Source: Anaerolineae bacterium (GTDB lineage Bacteria; Chloroflexota; Anaerolineae; B4-G1; SLSP01). From it: DNA of 64,000 nucleotides. Within the stretch, counting starts at the first letter, position 1. Every line of letters starts with the position of its first letter. Positions 35,129 through 46,700 of this stretch are shown here, in pieces. Below the pieces are notes generated by a model. It was not told where the DNA came from and made no database searches. It worked only from the letters and a program-made list of their open reading frames with translations. The stretch is from assembly GCA_034433375.1 (NCBI GenBank), contig DAOUAQ010000116.1:16442-80441 (forward strand), written 5' to 3'. The position numbers and the translations under genes are program-made.

Positions 35129-36217
35129 TTGCGTATGATGAAACGTTGGCGTTTGTGGGGATTGATTGTCCTGTTGTCCTGCGTGGCGGCCTGCCAGCCG
35201 GCGCAGAATGTCGCCTGGCCTACGCCAGCGCCGATCGCGCCCGCGCGCGCTAAGCTGCGGGTGTTCTGGGTCAACAGCTACACCGAGGACGACTTCTGGT
35301 CGCAGCAGGTGCGCATCGGGGTCCTGGAGACGTTAGCGCGTCGGGGATATACGAGTGTTGACGGTACACTGGAAATGGAAACCTTCCACATGGGGATGCG
35401 GCAGGTCGCAGTGATTGAGGACGTAAGGCCGGCAGCGCTCCTGGCCGTTGAGCGGCTCGCAGATTTTCAGCCGGACATCGTCATTGTTTCTGGCGACGAA
35501 GCGACACGCACCATCATTCCGTTGTATTTTGATCCCACCTTGCCTTTCGTTTTCTGTGGTGTGAACAGTGACCTGCGCCAGTACGGGTTGGATCTACTGA
35601 ACGTCACCGGTGTTTTGGAAGCCCTGCATCCCGTACAAACTGTAGCGATGGCCTATGCTTTTGTCGAAGACGCGCAGCAGTATATGGTCCTCGGCGACGG
35701 CTCCGTGTCGGGCAAGGCCCGCGCCCTGGCGGCTTATGCCGCTCTGCAAAACAGTGCGTACGGCACGCCGGCGCCGCTGTTCCGCTTGGCGGGAACCTGG
35801 TCTCGTTGGCAAACGACGGTGCTGGAAGATGCGCGCGCGGCGGATTTCATCTTGCTGGCGAGCCATCAGGGTATCGTTGATGACAGTGGAAATCCCATTG
35901 ATGAGCAAGAGGTTATCGCGTGGATGCTGGAAAACTCTCCCGTGCCGGTTTTTGCTCTATCTAACGTTGCGATCATCAACGGCGCAGTGGGTGGCCTGGT
36001 CTCGTATGGGTATGAAGAAGGCGTTTCGGTCGGAGAAATCGTGGTGCGGCTGGCTGCCGGCGAGTCGCCGGCCGATATCGAAATTCGCGGCCCGGCGCGC
36101 AATCTGCTCGCGGTCAATCTGGCGGCCTCACGCCGCTGGAATTTGCGCATACCCGTTATGTTCCCGATCGCGGCACGCATCTACGGAACCTTGCCCGTTG
36201 CAGAAGGAGGTCATTAA
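35129..36217 (+). CDS. Stand-alone COG2984/ABC_sub_bind-type periplasmic binding lipoprotein (paralog of the N-terminal domain of 14204..16462)
   Basis: 362 aa. A lipoprotein-like signal is present ('MRMMKRWRLWGLIVLLSCVAAC'). The body is 'LRVFWVNSYTEDDFWSQQVRIGVLETL...PDIVIVSGDEATRTIIPLYFDPTLPFVFCGVN'. Its stop overlaps the ATG of the next gene (TAATG). Confidence 0.6.
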   Translation: MRMMKRWRLWGLIVLLSCVAACQPAQNVAWPTPAPIAPARAKLRVFWVNSYTEDDFWSQQVRIGVLETLARRGYTSVDGTLEMETFHMGMRQVAVIEDVRPAALLAVERLADFQPDIVIVSGDEATRTIIPLYFDPTLPFVFCGVNSDLRQYGLDLLNVTGVLEALHPVQTVAMAYAFVEDAQQYMVLGDGSVSGKARALAAYAALQNSAYGTPAPLFRLAGTWSRWQTTVLEDARAADFILLASHQGIVDDSGNPIDEQEVIAWMLENSPVPVFALSNVAIINGAVGGLVSYGYEEGVSVGEIVVRLAAGESPADIEIRGPARNLLAVNLAASRRWNLRIPVMFPIAARIYGTLPVAEGGH

Positions 36218-39200
36218 TGTCACAGAAGGGCATGAGCCTGCGCTGGCGCATGATTCTGATCATTGCCGGAATCCCCATGTTACTGCTGGTCCCGGTCTTC
36301 ATCTACTTGAGCAACCAGTACCGGAACGCCTATCGGCAGGCCTACTGGGGCAAAGCCGAGTTAATCACCATCCAACTGCAACAAACGCTCGAAACCGTCG
36401 CGCCCTACGTCGAGACGTTCCAGGATGCGCCAGGGCTGGCGACGCTTTTGCAAAAAGTGGTGGAGGGCAGCACAGAGTTCGACTTCGTCGCTTTGGTTGA
36501 CAGCGCGGGTAAAGCCATTGAACACTCTACCCCCGGACTCAAAAATGTGACGGTCGCGGAGTTGGCCGGCCTGGACAGCGCCAAACCGATTGAGCTGCGT
36601 GAATTATCGTACTTTGGTTCGGTCTATCTCATCTCGCGCGCGGTCCCTATGCCCGGCGACGCGAAACAACGCCTGTATATCGTCGTAGGAGAGCGGGCGG
36701 AGGTCGTTGATCCTCCGATGATGGCATTGCTGATCGTTGGTATACTCAGCGGGGTGGGGTTGATCGCGTTGCTGTACTTTTCCACGCAGGGGCTTGTGCT
36801 GCGACCGCTCACCCGTCTGGCAGAAGGGGCGCGAATTATCGGCGGCGGCGACCTGGCGCACACGATCCCGGTTGACAGGGAAGACGAAATCGGCGTGGTT
36901 GCGCAGTCGTTCAATGGGATGGCAGCTCGTCTGCGCGAAATGGTTTCGGGGCTGGAACAACGCATTACCGAGCGCACGGCGGCGCTGGAGCGCAAATCAC
37001 TGCAACTGGAAACCATCAGCCTGGTGAGTAAAGAAGCGGCCCAGGTGCGTAATGTCATTTTGCTCCTGGAAACAACCGTCCAGGCCGTATCGGATAAATT
37101 CGGTTTCTACCATGTGGGGATTTTCATCCTGGATGACGCCAGGGTGTGGGCGATACTGCGCGCGGCCTCTTCGGAGGGCGGTCAGCGGATGTTGGCGCGC
37201 GGGCACCGTCTGCGGGTTGGACAGACGGGCATCGTGGGTCTCGTGGCGAGCACCGGTAAACCGCGCATCGTTTTCAACGTCGGCGAGGATGCGGCCTGGT
37301 TCAATAACCCCGATCTGCCCGACACGCGCTCGGAAATGGCGTTGCCGCTGCTGGTGGAAAGTGGGGTAATCGGCATCCTGGACGTGCAAAGCGACGTGCC
37401 CAAAGCCTTCACCGACGAGGATATCAGCACCCTGCAATTGTTGGCCGACCAGTTAGCGGTGGCGCTCAACAACGCGCGCGCGCTTGAGCAGATGGAAAGC
37501 GCACTGGCTGAAGTTCACAATCTTCAGGTCGAGTACAGCCGTCAGGGGTGGGCGCGTATCGCGGCGCAGACGCGCCCTCTGGCCTATGAATATGACCGTG
37601 TGGACGTGAACCCTGTCCCGCCGCTTCCCGTGCCCCCGGATCTGCGCGAAGGGCGGGTGCAGCGCGCTCAATTGATGGATGGCGGCGTGCCGGTCGTCAT
37701 GGAAACCTTGCGGGCCGGCGACCGCGTGTTGGGCTACCTGGGTCTCGCCGATTCGCAGCGCACCTGGTCCCCAGAAGAACTGTCACTGGTCGAAAGCGTC
37801 AGCGAACAGGTTGCCCTCGCCCTGGAAAACGCCCGGCTCTTCGAGGAGTCGCAGCAGAGCCAACGCCAACAGACCCTTATCAGTAACGTCTTGCAGGTAT
37901 CCTCCAACCCCGACCTGAGCTTTGAGGACGTATTGGCTGAAATCGCCCGAATTCTAGCGCAGGCGTTGGGGATGGCCGTGGGGATTTACACTTTCCCGAC
38001 GCCCGACTTCCCGCGCGTACAGCCCCATGCTGTTCTCGATCCCTTCGGGGAGCGTCTACCATTCCCCACCGAACCAATCGCGTTGAGCGATGAACATCTC
38101 ACCTTCTTCCGGGGGCTGCGCCGTGCAGAATTAGGCCCGCTGCTGCCGCTGCTCGGTGGCGTCGAACTGGCGCCGGAGAACCGCGACCGGCTGGCGGCTT
38201 ACGAACTCAGGCGCGTATTCTACGTTCCCCTGGGCAGCAGCGGTTCGCAGCATGGGTTTATCGTCATGCTCCAATCTCGAGACAACGCGCTGCCCCTCGA
38301 CCCCGAAACGCGGGACCTCATTCAACGCCTGGCGAACCAGATTGAAGTGGTTTTGGATAACCTGACGTTGACGGAGGAGACCCAGCAGCGTTCCGAAGAA
38401 CTGCGTTCACTTTACAGCATCTCGTTGGTCTTGAGCGAACTGCTCGAACCGGCGGATGTGTTGGCTGCCATCGTGTCCCAAGGGGAAACACTGCTCAATG
38501 CAGATAGCAGCGGATTCTTTGAGTATGATGTTGAAACCGACGGGTTGATTTTAGCGTTGGGGCCTCCGGATGGTTCACTGGGACAGGTCGGACTGCGTCT
38601 ACGACGGGGTGAGGGATTGGCGGGCGAAGCCCTGGTCAAACAACAAACGCTCTTTGTCGAGGATTACGAGGTGTGGGACAGAAGTGTGCCCGCACTCCGT
38701 AGCTCGCGCTTTCATGCGATCATGGCTGTGCCTATGATCGGGCGGTTTGGTCCGCAGGGTGTGTTGGTGCTGCGCGCAGAGGAGATCGCTGCCTTTGGTG
38801 ATCGAGAAGTACGCCTGGCTAACCTCTTCGCCCAGCAAGCTGCTGCCGCGCTCGATAACGCGCGGTTGAACAAAGACGCGCAACGCCGCGCCGAGGAATT
38901 CTCGCTGCTCTCCCAGGCCGGCATTGACTTGCTGCCGATCCGGGATATGCAGCAGCTTCTCGCCCGCGCTGCCGATTGGACGCGGCGCATCTTCGACGTT
39001 CCGCGCGCCGTCATCTTCTTGCGCGACGCCGACGCCGGCATCTTCTTGTCGGGTCACAGTGTGGATGCGGCAGCGCACTTCTTGACGGAGCGCGATGACG
39101 ATCAGCCTAGCCCCGGTGGTTTGACAGCGTCCATTATGGAAACGCGCAAGGGTATCCTCATCCTGGATACCCGCAAAGATGACCGCGCAAGCAGCCAACG

Positions 39201-40698
39201 TCTGGCCGAGATCGGCTTGCTATCACGGATGGGCGTGCCATTGCGTGTCGGCGACGAAGTGTTGGGCGCGGTGCTCATCTCCGGGATTGAAGCCAGCCAG
39301 TTCAACGAACGTGAACTGAACCTGTTGGAATTCCTGGCGACGCAGGTCTCCTCGGCGATCCAGAATGCGCTGCAATTTGGTCGCACCGAAGCCGCGTTGG
39401 GTGTGGTGCGGCGGCAAGCGCGCTATCAGGCCAATGTCTCGCAGGCGGCGGCTTTGCTCACCGAGCGGGGCACCGAGGCGGTATCCGATGTGCTGCGTTT
39501 GCTCGGTGAGGCGTCCAACGCTCACGGCGTGCTCTATCTGGAGTACCACGCGGCCGAAGACGCTGCCGTTACGGATGACGGGACGGAGGACGTTGTGGGC
39601 GACTCGCATTGGCAGTCGCGCGCTCTGTGGATGGCGGCAGAGCTTCCCGCCGGCCAGTTCGATGCTGCGCTGTTGCAGCACATCGCGCTGGAACGGATGC
39701 AACCCTGGGCCGATCAGCTTATCGGCAGACCGTACCTGGCATTCCAACCCGATACCCTTCCCGCTGGGGAACGCGAATTGATGCGGGCGCTCGGTTTTAA
39801 CACGCTGTTACTGTTGACCGTGCGGGGCGAAGCCCTCTATCCCAACATCATCCTGCTAGGCCGCGCCGACGCCGAAAATGCCTGGTTGGAGGAGGAAATT
39901 GTGGCTATGCAGACTGCGGCTGCCACCCTTTCCAACACCATCGCGCGCGAGCGGGTCTTCCAGGAAGTGCAGGCGTCGCGTACCGAGACCGAGGCGCTGT
40001 ATCGCGGAAGCGCCGAGTTGAATCTCGCGCAGACCTACGATGGCATCCTGAACGTGCTGCGCACTCATACCATCCTGGGGCAGGGCGCGCATCACATGAC
40101 GCTACAACTCTTCGACCGCCCCTGGACGGACGAGAACGAGCCGCAATATGCCGAAGTTGTAGCGCACTGGACGACGACAAACACGAACGCGCTGCGCCAG
40201 CGTTACTGGGTCGCCGACTTCCCCACATCGCCGGAACTGATCCGCAACACCGGGGTGATTCTGCTCGATGACCTTGAACACAACCCGCTGCTGTCGCGTC
40301 GGAACCGCGCCTTGTTCTCCCGTGTCTACGGCGCGAAGACGGTCGTCTTGGTGCCGCTGATTGCCAGCGGTCAGCGGATCGGCTTCTTGCACGCGATGTA
40401 CCCCCAGGCCGTGACGTTCTCCGAGCAGGAGCGCCGCCGTTTGGAGAGCTTGACGCAGCAGGCCGCCATCGCCGCGCAGAACCGCCTGCAACTGCTGACC
40501 ATTGAAGCGCGCGTCAATCGGGAACGGATGATCCGTGAAATCACCGAGCGCATCCAGGCCGCGCCGGACGTGCAAGGGGTGCTGCAAGCCGCCGTGCGCG
40601 AATTGGGGCGGGCTTTCGGAACCTCGCGTAACAGAATACAATTCCGACCGCCCGGTGAATCTACAGATATCAAGACCAACGGAGAAAAAGAGCCTTAA
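36217..40698 (+). CDS. Membrane sensor: 2 TM with a periplasmic loop, HAMP, ~7 GAF domains and the family tail
   Basis: 1493 aa. The first TM is 'LIIAGIPMLLLVPVFIY'. A periplasmic region of ~150 aa follows, then a second TM. HAMP is 'LTRLAEGARIIGGGDLAHTIPVDREDEIGVVAQSFNGMAARLRE'. Multiple GAFs follow ('FGFYHVGIFILDDARVWAILRAASSEGGQRMLARGHRLRVGQTGIVGLVASTG...NPDLPDTRSEMALPLLVESGVIGILDVQS' and others). The tail is 'RVNRERMIREITERIQAAPDVQGVLQAAVRELGRAFGTSRNRIQF'. Confidence 0.7.
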   Translation: MSQKGMSLRWRMILIIAGIPMLLLVPVFIYLSNQYRNAYRQAYWGKAELITIQLQQTLETVAPYVETFQDAPGLATLLQKVVEGSTEFDFVALVDSAGKAIEHSTPGLKNVTVAELAGLDSAKPIELRELSYFGSVYLISRAVPMPGDAKQRLYIVVGERAEVVDPPMMALLIVGILSGVGLIALLYFSTQGLVLRPLTRLAEGARIIGGGDLAHTIPVDREDEIGVVAQSFNGMAARLREMVSGLEQRITERTAALERKSLQLETISLVSKEAAQVRNVILLLETTVQAVSDKFGFYHVGIFILDDARVWAILRAASSEGGQRMLARGHRLRVGQTGIVGLVASTGKPRIVFNVGEDAAWFNNPDLPDTRSEMALPLLVESGVIGILDVQSDVPKAFTDEDISTLQLLADQLAVALNNARALEQMESALAEVHNLQVEYSRQGWARIAAQTRPLAYEYDRVDVNPVPPLPVPPDLREGRVQRAQLMDGGVPVVMETLRAGDRVLGYLGLADSQRTWSPEELSLVESVSEQVALALENARLFEESQQSQRQQTLISNVLQVSSNPDLSFEDVLAEIARILAQALGMAVGIYTFPTPDFPRVQPHAVLDPFGERLPFPTEPIALSDEHLTFFRGLRRAELGPLLPLLGGVELAPENRDRLAAYELRRVFYVPLGSSGSQHGFIVMLQSRDNALPLDPETRDLIQRLANQIEVVLDNLTLTEETQQRSEELRSLYSISLVLSELLEPADVLAAIVSQGETLLNADSSGFFEYDVETDGLILALGPPDGSLGQVGLRLRRGEGLAGEALVKQQTLFVEDYEVWDRSVPALRSSRFHAIMAVPMIGRFGPQGVLVLRAEEIAAFGDREVRLANLFAQQAAAALDNARLNKDAQRRAEEFSLLSQAGIDLLPIRDMQQLLARAADWTRRIFDVPRAVIFLRDADAGIFLSGHSVDAAAHFLTERDDDQPSPGGLTASIMETRKGILILDTRKDDRASSQRLAEIGLLSRMGVPLRVGDEVLGAVLISGIEASQFNERELNLLEFLATQVSSAIQNALQFGRTEAALGVVRRQARYQANVSQAAALLTERGTEAVSDVLRLLGEASNAHGVLYLEYHAAEDAAVTDDGTEDVVGDSHWQSRALWMAAELPAGQFDAALLQHIALERMQPWADQLIGRPYLAFQPDTLPAGERELMRALGFNTLLLLTVRGEALYPNIILLGRADAENAWLEEEIVAMQTAAATLSNTIARERVFQEVQASRTETEALYRGSAELNLAQTYDGILNVLRTHTILGQGAHHMTLQLFDRPWTDENEPQYAEVVAHWTTTNTNALRQRYWVADFPTSPELIRNTGVILLDDLEHNPLLSRRNRALFSRVYGAKTVVLVPLIASGQRIGFLHAMYPQAVTFSEQERRRLESLTQQAAIAAQNRLQLLTIEARVNRERMIREITERIQAAPDVQGVLQAAVRELGRAFGTSRNRIQFRPPGESTDIKTNGEKEP

Positions 40699-40796
40699 GG
40701 TGGAGGACCGGAAACCGGCTGGACAGCGCGTCGCAGTGGTTCTCTGGCAGGATTTGAGTGTATTCGATCCGCTGGTTATGGGAAAGGTTATGTAAC

Positions 40797-43700
40797 ATGA
40801 CGATGATGGACACAGAAAAAAGTAAGGACCACGGGACTCAGGGGGTGGGGGCCTTGCGCCAACAGATGACCGCGCTATCACGCAAGGATGGGGGGATTTT
40901 CCTCCAATCTATGTTGGACGCCATCCCTAACCCGATTTTCTACAAGGATATGGCGGGCGTTTATCGCGCCTGCAATCGCGCCTTTGCCGAGGACGTTCTC
41001 GGCGTGCCGGGTGAACGTATCATCGGGCGGACTGTCTATGACCTGGCGGAATCTATGCCTCAAGCCCTGGTGGAAACCGATCATCCCAAAGACCTGTTGC
41101 TGCTGCGCGCGGCTGGCTCTGACGTTTACGAGACGGCGTTATGTTACGCGGACGGCATTTTCCACGACGTCGTCATCCACAAAACCACCCTGGCCGCGTC
41201 AGATGGTCGCATTGACGGTGTGGTGAGTGTGCTGCTCGATGTCACCGACTTCAACAAGTCGGAAGAAAAGAGCACGATGCTGCTTGAGTTGACCCAGGCC
41301 GCCATCGCCGAAACCGAGGTGCTCTATCACCTGAGCAGTTCCCTCATCGCTTTTGACGATCTGACGGGCCTTTTGCGGGCCGTGGTGGATGGCGTAGCGG
41401 ATATGCTGCTGGCGAACCAGGTGATATTGACGACGGTGGACCTTGAGCAGCGCAAAGTCATCCACTTCGTCAAGGGAGGCGTCGGCGTTGCCGGCGTTGC
41501 GCCGGAGATGTCCTTCGATGAACTGTGGAATGGTTTGAGCGGCGCGGCGTTGCGCAGCCTGAAGCCGATCCTCTCTACCAAGAGCACCCCCGACCCGCGC
41601 GAAAGCCCTGAAATCCAACGGCAGCTTGGCGAAGCGAGCATCGGCTCCGTGGTGGTCGTTCCCTTGCGGTACCAGGAGCGGACGTTGGGCACGTTAGCGG
41701 CTGTCAATCGTCTGGAAGACCCGGATTTCACGAAGAAGGATGTGAGCTTGATGGTGGCGATGGCGAACCAGGTCGCGGCTGCCGTCGAAAGCGGACATCT
41801 CTTCGCCAAATTGCAGCATACGGCGACAACTATGAGCACCGCTGCGGAAATCTCACAGGCGTCCTCGTCAATTTTGGATCTGGACGAATTGCTGCCGCAA
41901 GCCGTGGATCTCATCCGCCAACGCTTTAACCTGTACTACGCGGGCATTTTCCTGGTGGATGACAGCGGCGAGTGGGCCGTCCTTAGCGCGGGAACCGGCG
42001 CGGCGGGACGCGCCATGTTGGCTGAAGAGTACCGTGTGAAGGTAGGCGGCGAGTCGTTGATCGGCGCTTGTGTGGCGACCGCCTCGCCCTGCATGGCTCA
42101 GGATACGACATCAGCGCAGCGACGCATGGCGCTTGTGTATTTGCCGCACACACAGTCGGAGTTGGCGCTGCCGATGATTAGCCGTGACGCGACGATCGGC
42201 GCGATGACCGTGCAATCGGTGCTGGCAGGCGCTTTCACCGCCGAGGACGTCACGGCGCTGCAAATCATGGCGAACCAATTGGCGAACGCCATCCAGAACA
42301 TCCGGCTGCTGGAGAAAGTACGCACTTCCCTGGCGGAGACCGAGGCGCTCTATCAAACAGCGCGCGCGATCAGCGGCGCGCGCTCCTTCGAGGACATCCT
42401 TGAGGGGCTTTTTGACACAATCACGTTTATGCCTCTGAGCGAGGCGGTCTTGCACGTCATTGTCGCGCGCGATCCCCTCAAGGTGAACTCGTACACGACG
42501 ACCCGCGTCGGCGGTGAGCGACAGACGCACGTGACTTACACGACGTCCGTTGACGATGTCGCGCCACTGCTGGATGATCCGCAGCAGTTCGTCTTCTATG
42601 GCGACCCAAAAGATGAAGACGCCGCCATACCTGAACCGGCGCGCGCGCGCATGGCGCAGATGGGCTATCGTTCGACGCTGACCACCGGCTTGACGGCGCA
42701 CGGCGAACTGGTGGGGTTCCTCACGTTTAGCAGCGCCGCGTCGCAGCACATCATCGCGGCGCGCGCGGTGCAGGGCGCAGTGCGCGCTTTGGCCGATCAG
42801 ATCGGGGTTGTGCTGGATAACTTCCTGCTTGGCGAGCAGACACGCCTGCGCGCTGAACAACTCGAAACATTAAGCGTGATCGAATCCGCGCTTTCGGAGA
42901 CCAACACCGAGGCCGAGATACTGGACGTGTTTGTCCTGGCTGTGCGCGCTACTGCCACCCTCACGGCCTGGCTGGTGTACACCGACTCCGCCGCCGACGG
43001 CGTGGTGACGACGCAGATTGTGGCTTCCTGGCATAATGGGGCCATTCAGCCCGCTGACCCGCTGCTCAACCGCTCGCTTTCCCCGAACACTTTCCCTATG
43101 TCGCGTCTGTGGATGGGCGATCTGGATCAAATTTCTTACACCTATGATCTACACCAGGACAGCCCGATTGACGCCAGGGCGCGTGAATGGGCCATTGAGC
43201 ATGGCTTTGTGTCGGTGATGGTGCTGCCGATGTTGAGCGGCGGACACTTGCAAGGGGTCATCGTGCTCAACTGGGCTGAACCCTACGTTTTGTCTAGCAC
43301 CGAACAATTCCTCTTGCGGCGTCTGGTGCGCCCGACTGTGGCGTTGCTCTCGCGGCGACGCGCTTACCTTGCCGAGGAGGCTGCGCGCGCCGAAAATGAG
43401 CGCCGCGCGATGCAGTTCCAGACCGCGGCAGAAGTGGCCCACGCCGCCTCCTCCATCATTGACCTGGATGAATTGTTGCCTCATGCCGTGAATTTGCTCC
43501 GTGAGCGTTTCGACCTCTACTACGTTGGTGTTTTTCTGGTTGATGAAACCAGAGAATGGGTCGCGTTGCGCGCTGGTACGGGCGAGGCTGGCCGCATTAT
43601 GTTGGAACGCCAGCATGGTTTTACCGTCGGCGGCGGTTCGATGATCGGGCGGTGTGTGGCTGAGGCCACGCCGCAGATCCCCGAAAGCGTAGATACTGCG

Positions 43701-46700
43701 GTGCGTTACGTCAACCCGCTCTTGCCCAACACGACGGCGGAAATCGCTTTGCCGCTGGTCAGCCGCAACCAGATGATCGGGGCCATGTCAATCCAGTCCA
43801 GCAAAGTGCGCGCCTTCTCCGAGACCGACATCACCATCTTGCAGACAGTGGCTGACCAGTTAGCCAACGCGATTCAGAACGCCCGGCTGTTCGATCAACT
43901 GAATACCTCGCTGACCGAAAGCGAAATGCAGACAGAAGTGAGTCTGGCGATCAACGAAGCGCAATCGGTTGAAGAGATCGTGCGCGCGGCGGCGCAGGTA
44001 GGTGAGTTTATCGGCATGGCCGGCGTCTCCTTGCGCCATTTCACGCGCTGGGATGAGGCCGGGCGGCCTGTGAGCCAGGATGTTTACAGTTTGTTGACCC
44101 GTGAAGCCGGCGAAGAATTCCGCGTTATGGAGAACATCGTGATTAACCAGGAGCTTTTAGTCTGGATCCTCGCCGACACACGCCGGATGCATGTCAGCAG
44201 AGATTTGGTCACCGACATGGCCTTGCCTGAGGCTATTCGCGCCAGCTTGCTTGCGCAGGGCTATAACAGTATGATCTGCACGCCGCTCGGCACGCGGAAC
44301 CGTTTGTTGGGATTCCTGGTCCTGTTTGATACACGTCCGGTGGAGGAGTTCCCAGCCCGCTATATCCAGGTTTTTGTGCGGACGCTCATTGATCAGGTTT
44401 CGACGGGATTGGATCGCTACACGCTGCTCCGCGAAAGCGAACGGCGCGCCGCGCGAATGGAGACGGCTTCTGGAATCGCCCGCCATGCCGCGTCAATTCT
44501 GGATCAAGAGACTTTGCTCTCCGAAGTTGCCGGACTGATTCGTGAGCGTTTCAACTTATATCACGTGGGCATGTACATGGTGGACGATTCCGGACAGTGG
44601 GCGGTCTTGCACGCTGCTTCCGGCGACATTGGCCGCGCGCTGCTGGCGCAAGGCCAGCGCTTGCAGGTAGGCGCGGGTTCACTGGTGGGCGCGTGTGTGT
44701 CCGCCGCTGCCCCATACAGCGTCTTGAATCTGGACGAGGCATCACGCCGTCTCTATGCCGACGCCGTCACCGCTACCGGCTCGGCCATCGTGTTGCCGCT
44801 GATCAGCCAGAACGTCGTCATCGGTGCGGTGGCTATGCATTCGCAGGAAGCGGCCGCTTATTCTAAAGAGGACATCACCATCTTCCAGACGATGGCCGAC
44901 CAACTGGCGACGGCTATCGGCAACGCGCGCCTCTTTGCGCAGTCACAGACCAGCCTTGAAGAGTTGCAGCGGGTGCAGCAACGCTATGCCGTGGAAATGT
45001 GGGATGGCTACGTCGAGCAGCGGGACGTTTTCGGCTATACCTACGATCTGAACGAAGTCGCTCCATTGCCTGTTGAGCAATCCAGTGCCCCGGCTGATCT
45101 TTGGGGCGGCAAGCTCTTCATGCGCAGCGGTGAAGAGGATGGCGATGGCGCGCTGTTGGTCGCGCCTTTCGATGTCAGGAGCGAGCCGGTGGGCTTCCTG
45201 AGTTTTGAGGAACCCGGCGCGTCGCGGACGTGGACCGAAGACAATGTCGCCGTCATCGAGGCCGTCCGCGAGCAGCTTGCCCTGGCCCTGGAGAACCGTT
45301 TGTTGATTGACCAATCCCAAAATGCACTGCGTGAAGCCCGGCAGCGTGAGCGCGAAGTTCGCTTCCTCCAGGGGGTCGCCGCCTTCCTCAATGCGACGGA
45401 GAGCATCGTGGCCTCTCAAAACGAATTGCGGGAGCACCTGCAGGCATTCATCCCGGTGGACTCGCTTTCTATCACCGGGTATGACGCCAATCGTATGTTG
45501 CACTTTTTGGGGGAGCAGACCGGCAACGTGCTCAACCTGGAGAATTGGGCGGGGGTCGAATTGGGAAAAGGAACGGGATACACACTGGCGGCTGAGACGG
45601 GCGAACCTTTGCTGCACGATGACATCCGCCAGACCCCGCGTTTCTGGGAAGATGAGCACTTGATTGTGGCGGGAATGGTCGCGCGCGCTGTCATGCCCTT
45701 GCGGTTAGGCGCGCGCATCCTGGGGACGTTGAACCTGGAGAGCCGCCAACCTGGCACATTCTCACGGCCTGAGCTGATGCCCATCCTCTCGCAGGTGACG
45801 GCGCAAGTCGCCTCGGCGATGGAGCGCGCCAACCTGCTGCAACGCGCCCAAGAGAGCGCCGGCGAGTCGCGCACCCTCTACGAAGCCACCAGCGCGCTGG
45901 CCGAAGCTACCAGCTACGAGACCGTGCTGCGCGCCATCGTCGGACACACCATTCTGTCGGAGTATGCCTGGGCCGAGATTGCGATGTTCATTGTTGATCC
46001 CGAAACCGGCGCAGAACAGAGTTTGTTGGAAGTCGTCAGTTCGTGGAGCAGTCAGTCCTCTCTTGCGCCCCTGGAAGTCGGGCGGCGGATGTCGGTCGCG
46101 GAGTTCCCGGCGCTGCAACGCCTCGCGCCGGGGCAACAACTGTACATCTGCGAGGACATCAATATGGCGCTGGACATGGATCCGTCGGTCCGCAACTTCT
46201 ATCTTGAGCAGGGCGTGCAGGCATTTGTGATGGCGCGCCTTTCTGCAGTCGGCGTCACCAGCGGCGGCGGAATCGGCGTGCTCCAGATTCGATTCTCGGA
46301 GCCATACCACCCATCGGAACAGGACGTGCGTCTCTACAACAACATCGCCGATCAGGCCGCTGTCGTGCTCTCTAACCAGAAGCTGCTGCGGCTGTCTGAG
46401 GCGCGCACCGAGCAGTTGACCGCCGCCGTGGACTTCGCGAACCTCGCCACGGCCCTCTCGGAGCGCGAAGATTTGCTCAAGCGATCGGTAGATTTCTTTA
46501 AGACGCGCTTTGGTTTCTACTATGTGGGCATTTCGATGCTGGACGAGCAAGGGGAGTGGGCCGTCTTGCAGGCCGGCACCGGCGATGTCGCGGAGACGCT
46601 GCTGCGTATGGGGACGCGTGTGCGTGTTAATGCCAGCTCGATGGTCGGTTGGAGCATCGTCAACGACCGACCACGCATCGCCCAGGATGTAACGCGCGAC

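Noticed and set aside
34474-35274. 266-aa minus-strand ORF spanning the 33339..35123 / 35129..36217 junction
   Set aside because: It is antisense to two well-supported plus-strand genes. The translation is Ala/Arg/Pro-rich with no domain features.
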